NCBI GenBank assembly: GCA_021733945.1
Contig: JAIPJX010000004.1
Location: forward strand, 12,579 to 76,578
Direction: 5' to 3'
Source of the DNA: Verrucomicrobiota bacterium
GTDB lineage: Bacteria > Verrucomicrobiota > Verrucomicrobiia > Limisphaerales > SIBE01
Length of the DNA stretch: 64,000 nucleotides
Of this stretch, positions 48,976 through 59,595 are shown piece after piece. Position 1 is the stretch's first letter, and every line of letters starts with the position of its first letter. The position numbers were made by a program, and so were the translations under genes. The notes below the pieces were generated by a model. The model worked only from the letters and a program-made list of their open reading frames with translations, did not search any database and was not told the DNA's origin.

Positions 48976-51336
48976 ATGAACACTGATTCACACAGATTAG
49001 GGGACGAAAGAACGACGCCCGGACACCGCGCAACCGGAGCGCTCCCGGGGCAATTTCGGGCTTGGTTACCGGTTGGGGCATGGACACTGGCCTGCCTGCT
49101 TCTGACGAACGGAGACAGGCCCTGCCAGGGGGCCGACTCCATCGACGCGCAGAATGTGGTCTGGACCACGCCCAGCAAGGATTCTTCGGGTTCCATGCCG
49201 ATTGGCAATGGCGACATCGGACTCAACGTCTGGGCGGAGGAGAATGGGGATATTCTGTTCTACATCGGAAAAACCGATGCATGGGACGAGCAGGCCCGCC
49301 TGCTCAAACTCGGCAGGGTCCGACTCCGGTTCACCCCCAGCCTGGCGGGAACATCGTTCCGACAGGAACTGCGGCTGCGCGAGGGTGAAATCCGAATCGT
49401 ATCCGGTCCGTCCAAGTCCCCCATTGGGATCCGGCTCTGGGTGGATGCCAATCATCCTGTAATCCGTGTGGAAGCCGAGGGCGACGCCCCGTTCTCGATG
49501 CGTGCAGACCTGGAGATGTGGCGCACCGGGATGCGTCCCTTAACGGGTGCCGAAGCACACGGTGTGGACGGCTTGGGAAAAGCACAGAGTCCGTTTGTTT
49601 ATCCGGACACCGTGGTCGAAGCCCCCGGTGACGGGGTTGTCTGGTATCATCGGAACCAGTTCTCCATCTGGCCGACCACCCTCCGGCACCAGGGACTGGA
49701 CAACCTGGGATCCGATGCCGCAGATCCACTTCTTCATCGCACCTTCGGTGGATCGATTGAGGGCAAGGGCTTCCTCCGCGTTCAGCCAACGACGCTGGAA
49801 TCCCAGTCGCCCCAGCAACGGTTCGAGCTGCGCATACCGGTGCATGCGGCCGCAAACGCCCGTCCCGAAGCCTGGTTGACAGGCCTGAACAAACTCCGAT
49901 CCCAACTCGACGCAGAGCCGCTTGAAGCAAGCCGCTTGAAGCACCGCCAATGGTGGGCTGACTTCTGGGATCGAAGCTGGATCCGGATCCATCGGCTCGG
50001 GGCCGAGGAACTTGTAAAAAACGGTTTCCGCGATGAAACACGCGACGTGGTGAACGGGTATGTCCTGCAGCGTTACATCAATGCCTGCGGCGGGCGAGGG
50101 ATCCATCCGATCAAGTTCAATGGATCAATCTTCACGGTGGACACCTTCCGGCAGCTTGATCCCGATTTCCGGCGCTGGGGCGGTTGCTACTGGTTCCAGA
50201 ACACCCGCCTCATCTACTGGCCCATGCTGGCATCCGGAGACTTCGATCTGATGCGTCCACTCTTTCGAATGTACCGGGAGGCACTGGACCTTGCAAAAGC
50301 ACGCACACGGGAATACTACCAACACGACGGTGCCTTTTTTCCCGAAACCCTGTATTTCTGGGGCACCTACTCCAACGGGGAGATGGGATACGGCTGGGAT
50401 CGCGAAGGCCTGGCCCCCGGCGTCGCAGCCAACACCTACATCCGCCACTACTGGTCGAGCGGGCTTGAACTCACCAGCCTGATGCTCGAATACCACGCCT
50501 TCACTCACGATGAGACCTTTCTCGCAGACACCCTGCTGCCGCTGGCCAGATCGATCGTGCAATTCTATGATCTGCACTATCCCCGGAAACCCGAGGGCAC
50601 GATCCGGTTCGCCCCCACCCAGGCGCTCGAAACCTGGCGTGACTGCGAAGATCCCATGCCGATCATCGCCGGGCTTCGCATCGTGTTGAGCGGTCTGTTG
50701 AATCTGTCTGCCGAACAAACCACCCCGGCCGAACGCACCTCCTGGGAACGGCTGCGTTCCGAACTGCCACCGATCCCGGTTCGATCGGTGGAAGGGTTCA
50801 GTTTCCTGGCTCCAGCCGCAAAATTCGACGGTCGGCAGAATCAGGAAAACCCGGAGCTTTACGCCGTGTTTCCGTATCGCGTCTTTGGAGTTGGCAAACC
50901 GGACCTCGAGCTAGCCCGGAAAAGTTTCCTGCAGCGCGAATTCAAGGGCACCCGGGGCTGGCACCAGGATGACACGCAGGCCGCGCTGCTGGGCCTGACG
51001 GATTCGGCGCGGGACTATGTGGTGCGGAGGTTCTCAGACAGGCATCCGGAAAGTCGGTTTCCGGCGTTCTGGGGACCGAACTTCGACTGGGTGCCCGATC
51101 AGTCCCACGGCGGAAACGGACTGATGGCCCTGCAATCCATGCTGCTGCAGTGGGACGGGGACAAGCTGCTGCTGCTGCCGGCCTGGCCGGAGGACTGGGA
51201 TGTCGACTTCAAACTGCACGCTCCTGGAAACACCGTCGTACAGGGCACCGTGCGCAACGGCAAACTCAGCAAGCTGCAGGTCACCCCTCCGGCACGGGCC
51301 GGGGACGTGATCGACTTGTCGGCGCTCCAGCCATAA
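48976..51336 (+). CDS. GH95-like/DUF5703 glycoside hydrolase
   Basis: SMPIGNGD, KFNGSIF, WFQNTRLIYW, ENPELYAVFP, LLPAWPEDWDVDFKLHAP. Confidence 0.82.
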   Translation: MNTDSHRLGDERTTPGHRATGALPGQFRAWLPVGAWTLACLLLTNGDRPCQGADSIDAQNVVWTTPSKDSSGSMPIGNGDIGLNVWAEENGDILFYIGKTDAWDEQARLLKLGRVRLRFTPSLAGTSFRQELRLREGEIRIVSGPSKSPIGIRLWVDANHPVIRVEAEGDAPFSMRADLEMWRTGMRPLTGAEAHGVDGLGKAQSPFVYPDTVVEAPGDGVVWYHRNQFSIWPTTLRHQGLDNLGSDAADPLLHRTFGGSIEGKGFLRVQPTTLESQSPQQRFELRIPVHAAANARPEAWLTGLNKLRSQLDAEPLEASRLKHRQWWADFWDRSWIRIHRLGAEELVKNGFRDETRDVVNGYVLQRYINACGGRGIHPIKFNGSIFTVDTFRQLDPDFRRWGGCYWFQNTRLIYWPMLASGDFDLMRPLFRMYREALDLAKARTREYYQHDGAFFPETLYFWGTYSNGEMGYGWDREGLAPGVAANTYIRHYWSSGLELTSLMLEYHAFTHDETFLADTLLPLARSIVQFYDLHYPRKPEGTIRFAPTQALETWRDCEDPMPIIAGLRIVLSGLLNLSAEQTTPAERTSWERLRSELPPIPVRSVEGFSFLAPAAKFDGRQNQENPELYAVFPYRVFGVGKPDLELARKSFLQREFKGTRGWHQDDTQAALLGLTDSARDYVVRRFSDRHPESRFPAFWGPNFDWVPDQSHGGNGLMALQSMLLQWDGDKLLLLPAWPEDWDVDFKLHAPGNTVVQGTVRNGKLSKLQVTPPARAGDVIDLSALQP

Positions 51337-51375
51337 CGCAGGCGTCATTCCCACGGGGAATGGACTCTTGTCGGC

Positions 51376-51413
51376 AAAAAAATTGAGGCGAATTGATATC
51401 AATTCGCCTCAAT
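51376..51413 (-). terminator. Perfect 32-bp palindrome with a U-tract, terminator between convergent genes
   Basis: ATTGAGGCGAATTGAT|ATCAATTCGCCTCAAT at 51382-51413, preceded by an A-run. Confidence 0.75.
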
Positions 51414-51451
51414 CTGAAATTCGATCCGGCAGGGTTCAACCCCGCTCGCGG

Positions 51452-53080
51452 CTAGGCGGCCTTCTTGGCCTGCCCACCTGCGCCATCGATGTGCAGCGGT
51501 TTATAACCGCCGATCGCCTTGAAGTACAACAACAGCAGCAGATAAATCAGCGCCATCGTTGCCGGAATTGCAGAATCCGCCCTCAAGGTCTTGCGATCCC
51601 CCTCAATGGAGGATTTCTGAACCTGACGTTCGGTCTCGCTGAGCTTGTCAAGAGCGGCCTGAGGATCGGTGTTCCCGGCTGCGGCCAATGCCGTGCGGGC
51701 ATTCGCCAGTTTTGTCTGCACTTCGCCGAGCTTGGCACCGTCCAAACCATGCACCTCGCTGAAGAAGAGAAACTTGCTCGGTGCGGCGGACTTGTATTCG
51801 GTGAAGGCAGCCGCGTTTGCTGTTTGAAGGGATTCGCCGGCGAAACGATCCTTGGCATAGCCCAACCCGGGCGAACCGATCAGACCGGCGCTCATCATGC
51901 CGATGCCGCCCATGATGCTCATCGCAACCGCCCCGGTCCTCGGGAACCGATCTCCCACGACCGCCAGCATGGTTGGCCAGAAGAAGGTCTTGCCAAGGGC
52001 ATAAACCGTCAGGGCCAGAATGGCGGTGGCGAAGGTGGTGATGCCACTGACCAAATTCAACCCGACGATGGCGAGGCACGAACACACCAACAGAATTCCA
52101 ATCGGGGAAAGTTTCAGCTTCTTCTCAATAAAATCGGCGGTGAATCGAAGCGTGAACATCACCAGAGAGGTGAACACAAACAGGATCTTTCCCTGAGCCG
52201 GAGTCAGGATGTTTCCGGTGATATTCTGGATCCATCCGTCGGTTCCCAATTCAACGGCACCCACCAGGGAATGCGTGAGGAAGAGCACAAATATCAACCA
52301 GGCACCCACGGAGAACTTCGTCAGGTAACCCAACACCAGCAACAGAGCGACCGCAAGCGCAGCACCAAGGCCGGTTGAGAGACCGAGCGCTCCACTGAAG
52401 AAAAGATAAAGAACGAAGCAGACCACCAGACTGCCGAGAATTCCAACGTCCTTGTACATCTGGCCGAAGCTCAAGCCCTTCTGGGAAGCTTCGGATTTGG
52501 GCATGTGCTGTCCGAGGAACATCAGACCGTAGATGGCGGTGGGAACCAGGAACAGGGCCAACTGGACCTTCCAATGGAAGGATTCTCCCATGGTCCAACC
52601 GATCAACCCCCCAATCACCAAACCGGCGGGCCAGCTGGCATGGAGAATGTTCAGGTAATGGGTTCGGTTTTTCGGGAACAGGGTCGCGACCAGCGGATTT
52701 GCGACGGCTTCCAGAGTGCCGTTGGCGATCGCAAAAATGAAGGTTCCCCAATAAAGATAACTATACGCGGTATCCGGTGACGATGCTGCAAAAGTAACGA
52801 CAGCCGACAGGACGTGAAAAGCAAAAGCGGCGAAGACGAGTTTCCCGTAACCGATCTTGTCGACAATCACCCCGCCAATGATGATCCCGAAACAGAATCC
52901 CGTAAACCCGGCACCATTGATGGCCCCGAGCTGGGTGGCATTAAAACCGAAAGAGGCACCCCAGTTGGCAAGGATGCCACCCCGGATGCCGAAACCGACA
53001 CCGGCGGCGAGAATCGCCATAAATCCGGCCCACAACAAACGCGCTGAATTGGGCGCTATTCCGTCTTTCTTAATGTTCAT
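51452..53080 (-). CDS. MFS sugar transporter
   Basis: About 12 TM segments, [25 protein letters not shown]. Confidence 0.88.
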   Translation of the reverse strand: MNIKKDGIAPNSARLLWAGFMAILAAGVGFGIRGGILANWGASFGFNATQLGAINGAGFTGFCFGIIIGGVIVDKIGYGKLVFAAFAFHVLSAVVTFAASSPDTAYSYLYWGTFIFAIANGTLEAVANPLVATLFPKNRTHYLNILHASWPAGLVIGGLIGWTMGESFHWKVQLALFLVPTAIYGLMFLGQHMPKSEASQKGLSFGQMYKDVGILGSLVVCFVLYLFFSGALGLSTGLGAALAVALLLVLGYLTKFSVGAWLIFVLFLTHSLVGAVELGTDGWIQNITGNILTPAQGKILFVFTSLVMFTLRFTADFIEKKLKLSPIGILLVCSCLAIVGLNLVSGITTFATAILALTVYALGKTFFWPTMLAVVGDRFPRTGAVAMSIMGGIGMMSAGLIGSPGLGYAKDRFAGESLQTANAAAFTEYKSAAPSKFLFFSEVHGLDGAKLGEVQTKLANARTALAAAGNTDPQAALDKLSETERQVQKSSIEGDRKTLRADSAIPATMALIYLLLLLYFKAIGGYKPLHIDGAGGQAKKAA

Positions 53081-53138
53081 AAAGCTACTGTTTTGGGTTG
53101 ATACGAACTGCTGTCTACTTCTGGAAAGTCAAAAACCA

Positions 53139-54263
53139 TCACTGCGTGAACGCGGGGAGCCTGACGATCTTGCCACCAGCGAGAGCCGACTCATGGGCGC
53201 AAAGGCCCACGCAGGTCCAGTTGGCTGATTCCCGCGCATTGGGAAACGGATCGCGATCCTCGAGGAGCGCCGAAACAAATTCATGCACCAAATGCGGATG
53301 CGAACCGCCATGCCCCGCGCCCTGGGTGAAGCTGAGGTGGGTCTTTTTACCCAGGTCGTAGACACCCTTCGTGGTAAACTGTCGGATCGGCTTCGGAAGC
53401 AGCTTCGCGTAGTCCGGCACTTTGACTTTCCTGGGGATCTTGTGCTCGGGCAGTTTGGCGGTGTGCAACACATGGGGTTCGTGCTCGATCAGACTCCACT
53501 CAAAGGAACGTTTCGATCCGAACACATCGATGCTCTCGCGATACTGACGCGCCACATCGAACAACGAACGATGAATTCGGGCGGCCAGATCCGAGTTCTT
53601 GAACTTGATGTGAGTGGTTTCGACAGCGAACGGGGAATTGTATTTCTTGATCAGCTCCTTGCGAATCGTGCCCGAACCGAAGCACGAGACATACTCCGCG
53701 GTCGCCCGGGTCAACCCGCAAACCGGTCCCACGCAATGCGTCGCATACCACATCGGCGGCAGCCCCGGCCAGTAGTTTGGCCAACCATCCATGTCCTGCT
53801 GATGACTGGCCTGGAGGAACTGAATTTTGCCCAACTTCCCCTTTTCGTACAACTCCTTGATGTAAAGAAACTCGCGGGCATACACCACGGTTTCCATCAT
53901 CATGTACTTCAAACCAGTCTTCCTGACCAGTTGCACGATCTTCCTGCAATCCTCAATGCTGGTCGCCATGGGCACCGTGCAGGCCACGTGTTTGCCCGCC
54001 TGCAGCGCCTGAATCGATTGCGCCGCATGGTCCGGGATCGGCGTGTTGATATGAACCGCATCAATGTTGGGGTCCTTCAACAGCTCTTCATAACACGTGT
54101 ACCGCTTCTCAACGCCAAATGCATCCCCCACGGCGTCCAATTTCTTGCTGGAACGTTGGCAGATCGCGTAGATGTTCGCGTTCGGATACCGCTGGTAAAT
54201 GGGAATAAATTCAGCCCCGAATCCAAGGCCGACAATCGCAATATTCACTTTTTTTGTACTCAT
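53139..54263 (-). CDS. Gfo/Idh/MocA oxidoreductase
   Basis: IAIVGLGFG, INTP...H, AGKHVACTVP, YATH. Confidence 0.9.
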   Translation of the reverse strand: MSTKKVNIAIVGLGFGAEFIPIYQRYPNANIYAICQRSSKKLDAVGDAFGVEKRYTCYEELLKDPNIDAVHINTPIPDHAAQSIQALQAGKHVACTVPMATSIEDCRKIVQLVRKTGLKYMMMETVVYAREFLYIKELYEKGKLGKIQFLQASHQQDMDGWPNYWPGLPPMWYATHCVGPVCGLTRATAEYVSCFGSGTIRKELIKKYNSPFAVETTHIKFKNSDLAARIHRSLFDVARQYRESIDVFGSKRSFEWSLIEHEPHVLHTAKLPEHKIPRKVKVPDYAKLLPKPIRQFTTKGVYDLGKKTHLSFTQGAGHGGSHPHLVHEFVSALLEDRDPFPNARESANWTCVGLCAHESALAGGKIVRLPAFTQ

Positions 54264-54674
54264 GAATCAGTCCGTGCTCGAGTTGTGTGCACACTTTCGC
54301 AGTTCGAAATGCTTCCCGTCCCACTGCCGACCGCCATTGCTACAGCTCGTCCCGCACTCACTCCCGTCCATCCGCACCCGGAACCTGCGCTCGAGACTTT
54401 GCCACGCTCTCCTGCCAAAAGAGCCTCCCGCAATCCCACCCGGACCGACAATACGTTCAAAAAACACAAAACAACTTGATAATCAGAACATTATGACATG
54501 TTCGGTTCCGGCAACCCGGGATTCGGCAAAATCCCCCGGCTGGGACACTGGTCTGGCAATGGGCTGAATGACACCGTTCTCAGGCAAAACTGTCAACGGA
54601 AAACTTCCCCCCGACGGGTTCCGCACGGCCTCTTTCCGTTTGCATCCCAGCTGCGGATGGAGTAAAGGAAAACC

Positions 54675-55784
54675 GTGAATGCCAGGGAGGCATTGATTGC
54701 TCTGAACATGATCGAACACGTCGGACCCGTGCGCCTGCGGCAGTTGCTCGCGCACCTGGGGGATGCCCCCGCAGTGCTGTCAGCCAGCCTGCAGGCTCTG
54801 CGTCGGGTGCCCGGAATCGGCGAGGACACCGCTTCGGCCATCCACAACTGGGAAAAATCCGTGGACCTGGACGCCGAACTGCAGCGCATCACCGACTACG
54901 ACTGCCACGTCATTTCTCAATCCGATGACACCTACCCGGAGTGGCTCCGTCAGATCTACGACCCTCCCATCGTCCTGTATGTCCGGGGAACATTGACTTC
55001 AGCCGACAAAAACGGCGTTGCCCTGGTTGGTTCGCGCATGACCACCCACTACGGGATCGAGACAGCCCGGAAACTTGCTCATCAATTGGCAAATCTCGGC
55101 GTTACCGTGGTGAGTGGAGGGGCCCGGGGAATCGACACGGCCGCCCATCAGGGCGCCCTCAGCGCCGGAGGCAGAACCATCGCGGTGCTCGGAACGGGCA
55201 TCAACCTGGTTTTTCCGCCCGAGAACCGGAGCCTTTTCGACCGGATCCCGGCCAGCGGTGCGCTTCTCACTCAATTCCCATTCAACCGCACGGCGGATCG
55301 CCAATCCTTTCCCATTCGGAACCGGATTGTCGCCGGGATGACCCTCGGAACGGTGGTGGTCGAAGCCAACCTGACGAGCGGCGCACTGATCACCGCGAAT
55401 ATGGCCTTGGATGCCGGACGCCAGGTGTTTGCCGTTCCAGGCCGGGTTGATTCGCCCCGAAGCAAAGGCTGCCATGAATTGATCAAGAAAGGAGCCAAAC
55501 TATGCGAATGCGCGGAGGATATCCTCACTGAATTCGAATACCTGTTCCCTGGCTCCAATCGTTCCGGAGATTCTCCGGCCATCGGATTCGACCCAACCCC
55601 GACCCTTTCCGAAGTGGAACGGACCATCCACGACGCATTGGAGCTCGATCCCGTCACGATCGATCAGGTAATCCAGTCCACCGGACTGACCAGTTCACAA
55701 GTCTCCGTTGCGTTGCTGAACCTTGAGATGAAGCGTTTGGTTCAATCATTGCCGGGCAAACGATACCTGAGAACCCGTGCTTAA
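54675..55784 (+). CDS. dprA: DNA-processing protein DprA
   Basis: LVGSR, VVSGGARGIDTAAH, FPIRNRIVAG, FAVPG, C-terminal winged helix. Confidence 0.95.
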   Translation: MNAREALIALNMIEHVGPVRLRQLLAHLGDAPAVLSASLQALRRVPGIGEDTASAIHNWEKSVDLDAELQRITDYDCHVISQSDDTYPEWLRQIYDPPIVLYVRGTLTSADKNGVALVGSRMTTHYGIETARKLAHQLANLGVTVVSGGARGIDTAAHQGALSAGGRTIAVLGTGINLVFPPENRSLFDRIPASGALLTQFPFNRTADRQSFPIRNRIVAGMTLGTVVVEANLTSGALITANMALDAGRQVFAVPGRVDSPRSKGCHELIKKGAKLCECAEDILTEFEYLFPGSNRSGDSPAIGFDPTPTLSEVERTIHDALELDPVTIDQVIQSTGLTSSQVSVALLNLEMKRLVQSLPGKRYLRTRA

Positions 55785-55785
55785 A

Positions 55786-55850
55786 AGGCGTGCCTGAAAA
55801 GCAGGAGCCGACGTAAGAAGGTTCACTTCAATGAAAGCAACGGTTCGAAG
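55786..55850 (+). mobile_element. Truncated left end of the IS5-like MITE
   Basis: AGGCGTGCCTGAAAAGCAGGAGCCGACGTAAGAAGGTTCACTTC resembles 30768-30815. Confidence 0.55.
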
Positions 55851-55930
55851 AATTTTGTCACCCCCTGCCCACCGGGTTCCGCCGCCGACCTTGACACCCG
55901 GGAACCTTTCCGTGAGCTTGGAAGCCTGTC

Positions 55931-56392
55931 ATGAAGCGCGACCCTATCCTGAAACAATCTCTCATCGTCTTTGTCGGTGTTTTGATCCTGTACACCTGCG
56001 CCTTCAAGGGAATCGAATACTTCCGGACAGTCAAGGGCCCCTGGGAAGTCACCTTCCGATCCGATTCGAACGGCCTGCCCTCCCTGGTAATTTCCCAGGC
56101 CTCGATGGGCCTGACCAACATGACGGTAACGTTCGACGGCGAAGCCATTGACCGGATCAACCTTTCGGAAACGATGCGCTTTGACTCACCGAAAACCAAC
56201 ATTCCTTTTGGGGGCGTCCTGTTTTTTGACACCACCGTGCTGCCTGGCACTCTCACGTTCCATTTGTTCGGGCACGAAATCGAGTTTCTGCCCAGAGTCA
56301 TGATCGCCAACCTCAACGAAGTTGCCTGGAAGTCTGGCGAAACGGTTCATTTCAACGCTTCCAACAAACCTCCCTCATCGCCCGCTCACTAA
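55931..56392 (+). CDS. Membrane-anchored hypothetical protein
   Basis: 153-aa ORF with an N-terminal TM and a beta-rich body. Confidence 0.7.
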   Translation: MKRDPILKQSLIVFVGVLILYTCAFKGIEYFRTVKGPWEVTFRSDSNGLPSLVISQASMGLTNMTVTFDGEAIDRINLSETMRFDSPKTNIPFGGVLFFDTTVLPGTLTFHLFGHEIEFLPRVMIANLNEVAWKSGETVHFNASNKPPSSPAH

Positions 56393-56577
56393 CAGATTTT
56401 TAGAGTGTTAAAACAACATTCCTCCCTCCATCCAGATGACAGCCGAGTGGGCTATCCCATAAAAATCAACCCTATCGTTTCGGATGCCAAATGCTTTGAA
56501 CCTGTCCCTTTGTTTCTGGGTGCATGACAGAATTCTTCGTCGATGACGAACGAAGTTTAGTGCGCGCCCCCCACCCA

Positions 56578-56736
56578 CGCGAAGCGTCTTGGACTGCGGT
56601 AGTTCTCTCCCGCTTTTGGGTAGCGCGAACCGTCCCGGCGAGCCGGGTTGCAGGGGGATTTAACCACGGATTAAGATGCAGGGGAAGCTCACCGGGACGG
56701 TTCGCGCTACCTTTCCCCGTCCCCTCGGCGGTAGGG
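56578..56736 (-). repeat. Composite REP element, near-identical to 22450-22613
   Basis: Direct alignment of the reverse complement; few substitutions and one 5-bp indel. Confidence 0.9.
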
Positions 56737-56965
56737 ATAGGGGTAGGGACGAGGGTTTGAACCTCGCCCCTCCCTCCGAACCGGACTGGCGGATCTCCCG
56801 CATCCGGCTCTCCAGTCGGTGGTCTCATCTCAATCGGCTCGCTTTGTCTCGGGCTAAGGCTAAGGAGATTAACCCAAGTTCCGCGAAGTATGCATTTGGC
56901 CAGCGTTGATGATCTCGTCCCCGCGCTCGTCCTTTTCCCTTATGCCGCCTCCTCAATTCGCTCTG
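56737..56965 (-). mobile_element. 5'-truncated group II intron: RT/maturase C-terminus plus domains V-VI
   Basis: [31 protein letters not shown]; D5 GAGCCGGATGCGGGAGATCCGCCAGTCCGGTTC (56778-56810); D6 ending CCTACCCCTAT. Confidence 0.88.
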
Positions 56966-57030
56966 GTCAAGGGACGGCCCGTCCGCTAGGGTATCACTCC
57001 ATACCGCCCCGATGTAAGCCATCTCATGAC

Positions 57031-57921
57031 ATGAATACACAAGATGTAAATAACCAGACATCCCGAGTCGATTTGCACCCCGGGATGTTTCGTTCTCCGA
57101 CCTGCCCTCTTCAGAGACGGGCCAAACTCGCCTTTACCCTGATCGAGTTGCTGGTCGTGATCGCCATCATTGCAATTCTCGCCGGCATGCTTCTTCCAGC
57201 CTTGTCCAAGGCAAAGGGCAAGGCCCATCAGACAGCCTGCCTGAACAACCTGCGGCAGCTCGGCCTGGCTTCGGCCATGTATCTGACCGACAACGCAAAG
57301 TACCCGGGAACGATCTGGTTCGGATCCCGTGGCCCCGAATATATCTGGCCGCATCGGCTCTTTTCCCAAATGGGCACCAACCGCTCCTCGTTCTGGTGTC
57401 CGGCCAACAAGGCGGAGTTTCGATGGGATGTGAACCTGAACAAATCGTTGAACGGAGATCTGGATTACCTCAGGGCCGGACAACCGGGAGCGGGAATGAG
57501 CTACGGCTACAATGATTGGGGTCTGGGATCACCAAATCTCGATCTGAACCAGCAACTCGGATTGGGAGGCGATATCTTTCCGAACAACCCGGCGGAGATG
57601 CCCGAAAGCCGGGTGGTCTCCCCCTCCTCAATGATCATGCTGGCCGACAGCCGATCCGATGCCGCCTGGGACGGCAATCTGGATCCGCGCGAATCCAACC
57701 AGTGGCCGGCCAAACGGCACAACGGAAACACCGTGCTCATGTTTCCGGACGGCCACTCTGAAGCAGCCCGAAGGAGGGACATCGTCGATCCCAAAAACAA
57801 CAACTGGCGTCGGCGCTGGAACAACGACAACCTGGCCCACGCGGAAAATGAACCCGGCGAACGATACGGCCCACGGATCATCGGGAACTGGACCGGCGAC
57901 GACGGCACTTCGAAGGAATAA
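57031..57921 (+). CDS. Prepilin-type N-terminal cleavage/methylation protein with an H-X9-DG motif (DUF1559-like)
   Basis: [48 protein letters not shown]; start may be 57085. Confidence 0.9.
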   Translation: MNTQDVNNQTSRVDLHPGMFRSPTCPLQRRAKLAFTLIELLVVIAIIAILAGMLLPALSKAKGKAHQTACLNNLRQLGLASAMYLTDNAKYPGTIWFGSRGPEYIWPHRLFSQMGTNRSSFWCPANKAEFRWDVNLNKSLNGDLDYLRAGQPGAGMSYGYNDWGLGSPNLDLNQQLGLGGDIFPNNPAEMPESRVVSPSSMIMLADSRSDAAWDGNLDPRESNQWPAKRHNGNTVLMFPDGHSEAARRRDIVDPKNNNWRRRWNNDNLAHAENEPGERYGPRIIGNWTGDDGTSKE

Positions 57922-57977
57922 GCCCGAAGGGTTCCATCCCTCCGCTTCAAAACACCCGGACTCGGGGACTCCATTCC

Positions 57978-59363
57978 CTACGACTTTTCAATAACGTCCG
58001 GCCGCACATAGTGCACCCCGGTATCGTTCAAAGCCCGATCGAGCTCGTCCTTCGGTGAATCGGTCCGGATGGCCACCGTCATGGCGTTGCCAAAAAAAAG
58101 CCTCCGATTGCAGGCGGTGAGCGTCTCATTGATTCGTGAATAAAGCCCCGCTCCCGCTCGATCCACATAGACCGTCAACTGATCGTCCTTGCACGTAATC
58201 ATTCGAACTTCGGGGATTCTCCCGATCCTCCTGACAAACAGTCGCAACATCTGAAGGGGCCGGTTGCGCACATATCGATACACGAACAATCCAACCACTC
58301 CGGCGGCCAGCAGACTCCCCGGCTGGGCGGATCGAACCATAAAGACGATCGCAGCCACCAGGGAAGCAAGACTGATCGAATACCAAGCCATTCGGGAGGG
58401 GGGAACATCCCGGATCTCGCGCAGTGCCACCCGGACCTGTTGTACGAGGGGAACATGCTCCACTTTTCCTGATTCAAGGTTTCGGCGCAAAACCCGCAGT
58501 TCCGTGGCCAGGCTGTGCGCACTTGGGTAACGATCGTCGGCCCGTTTTTCAAGGCACCGATCAACAATTCGTTCCAGCTCCGGAGGAACATTGGGGCGGA
58601 TTGATCGCATGGGCACCGGTTGGTCGAACAGGATCGCGTGCATGATGCTCATGGGATTGCCACCCTGAAACGGAAGCTTCCAGGTGATCATTTCATAAAT
58701 CACCACACCGAGGGAGAACAGATCACTGCGGAAATCAAGCGACTCACCCTTCGACTGTTCCGGGCTCATATGACTGACCGTTCCCAAGGCAAGCCCCGGT
58801 TCCGTCGTGCACCCGGTGTCGATGGCCGGCATCTCCGGCGTGGCCGAATCCGCGCACACGGCGGGTTGCAGCAGTTTCACCACCCCGAAATCGAGAATCT
58901 TGACGTGGCCATCATTGCTCCGAACGATATTGGAGGGTTTGATATCGCGATGGATGATCCCAGCGGCGTGCGCCTTGGCCAGGCCTTCGGCCACCTGAAT
59001 GGCAATGTCGACTGCGGCCAGACAATCGAGATCCCGCTCGAGGATGAGCTGACGCACGGTACGGCCCTCGATCAGCTCCATCGCGATGAACGTGACCTCT
59101 CCTTCCTCGTCCACATCATACACCTGCCCGATCGCCGGATGGTTGACCCGGGCAGCCGCTTGAGCCTCACGCAGGAATCGCTGGCGGCGCCCGACGTCGC
59201 GGGTGAGTTCGGGAGACAGGACTTTGAGCGCGACCGACCGATTGAGCTTCGTGTCGTGGGCCCGAAACACCTCTCCCATTCCGCCTTTACCAAGAGGCGC
59301 GTCGATCCTGTAATGCTTGAGCGTATGACCGATCATCGTGTTGAACGTTTCGATGGGAACCAC
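57978..59363 (-). CDS. Ser/Thr protein kinase with two TM helices and a small C-terminal domain
   Basis: GKGGMGEV, VALK, HRDIKPSN, DFG, MSPEQ. Confidence 0.92.
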   Translation of the reverse strand: MVPIETFNTMIGHTLKHYRIDAPLGKGGMGEVFRAHDTKLNRSVALKVLSPELTRDVGRRQRFLREAQAAARVNHPAIGQVYDVDEEGEVTFIAMELIEGRTVRQLILERDLDCLAAVDIAIQVAEGLAKAHAAGIIHRDIKPSNIVRSNDGHVKILDFGVVKLLQPAVCADSATPEMPAIDTGCTTEPGLALGTVSHMSPEQSKGESLDFRSDLFSLGVVIYEMITWKLPFQGGNPMSIMHAILFDQPVPMRSIRPNVPPELERIVDRCLEKRADDRYPSAHSLATELRVLRRNLESGKVEHVPLVQQVRVALREIRDVPPSRMAWYSISLASLVAAIVFMVRSAQPGSLLAAGVVGLFVYRYVRNRPLQMLRLFVRRIGRIPEVRMITCKDDQLTVYVDRAGAGLYSRINETLTACNRRLFFGNAMTVAIRTDSPKDELDRALNDTGVHYVRPDVIEKS

Positions 59364-59595
59364 CCGTGTGATGTTCGACCGGGAAGATAATCGAGATTTC
59401 GATCAGGATCAACGCTGATACGGTTCCAACTGCGGGGTCCAGCCCGCAGTTGGAACCGGACAACCGAGGCACCAGACATTCATCAAACAACCCACCCGCC
59501 CCCGGAGCGTTCGCTTGCGGATCCATGCGCGGCATGGCCTGGACGCATCAAAATCTGGCGGCCCCGGGGATTTCAAGTATGCTCACCCCGGATCC

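Noticed and set aside
56737-56965. Class C (terminator/attC-targeting) assignment for the intron
   Set aside because: D5 is full length with an AGC triad, not the short CGC-type D5 of class C; class left unassigned
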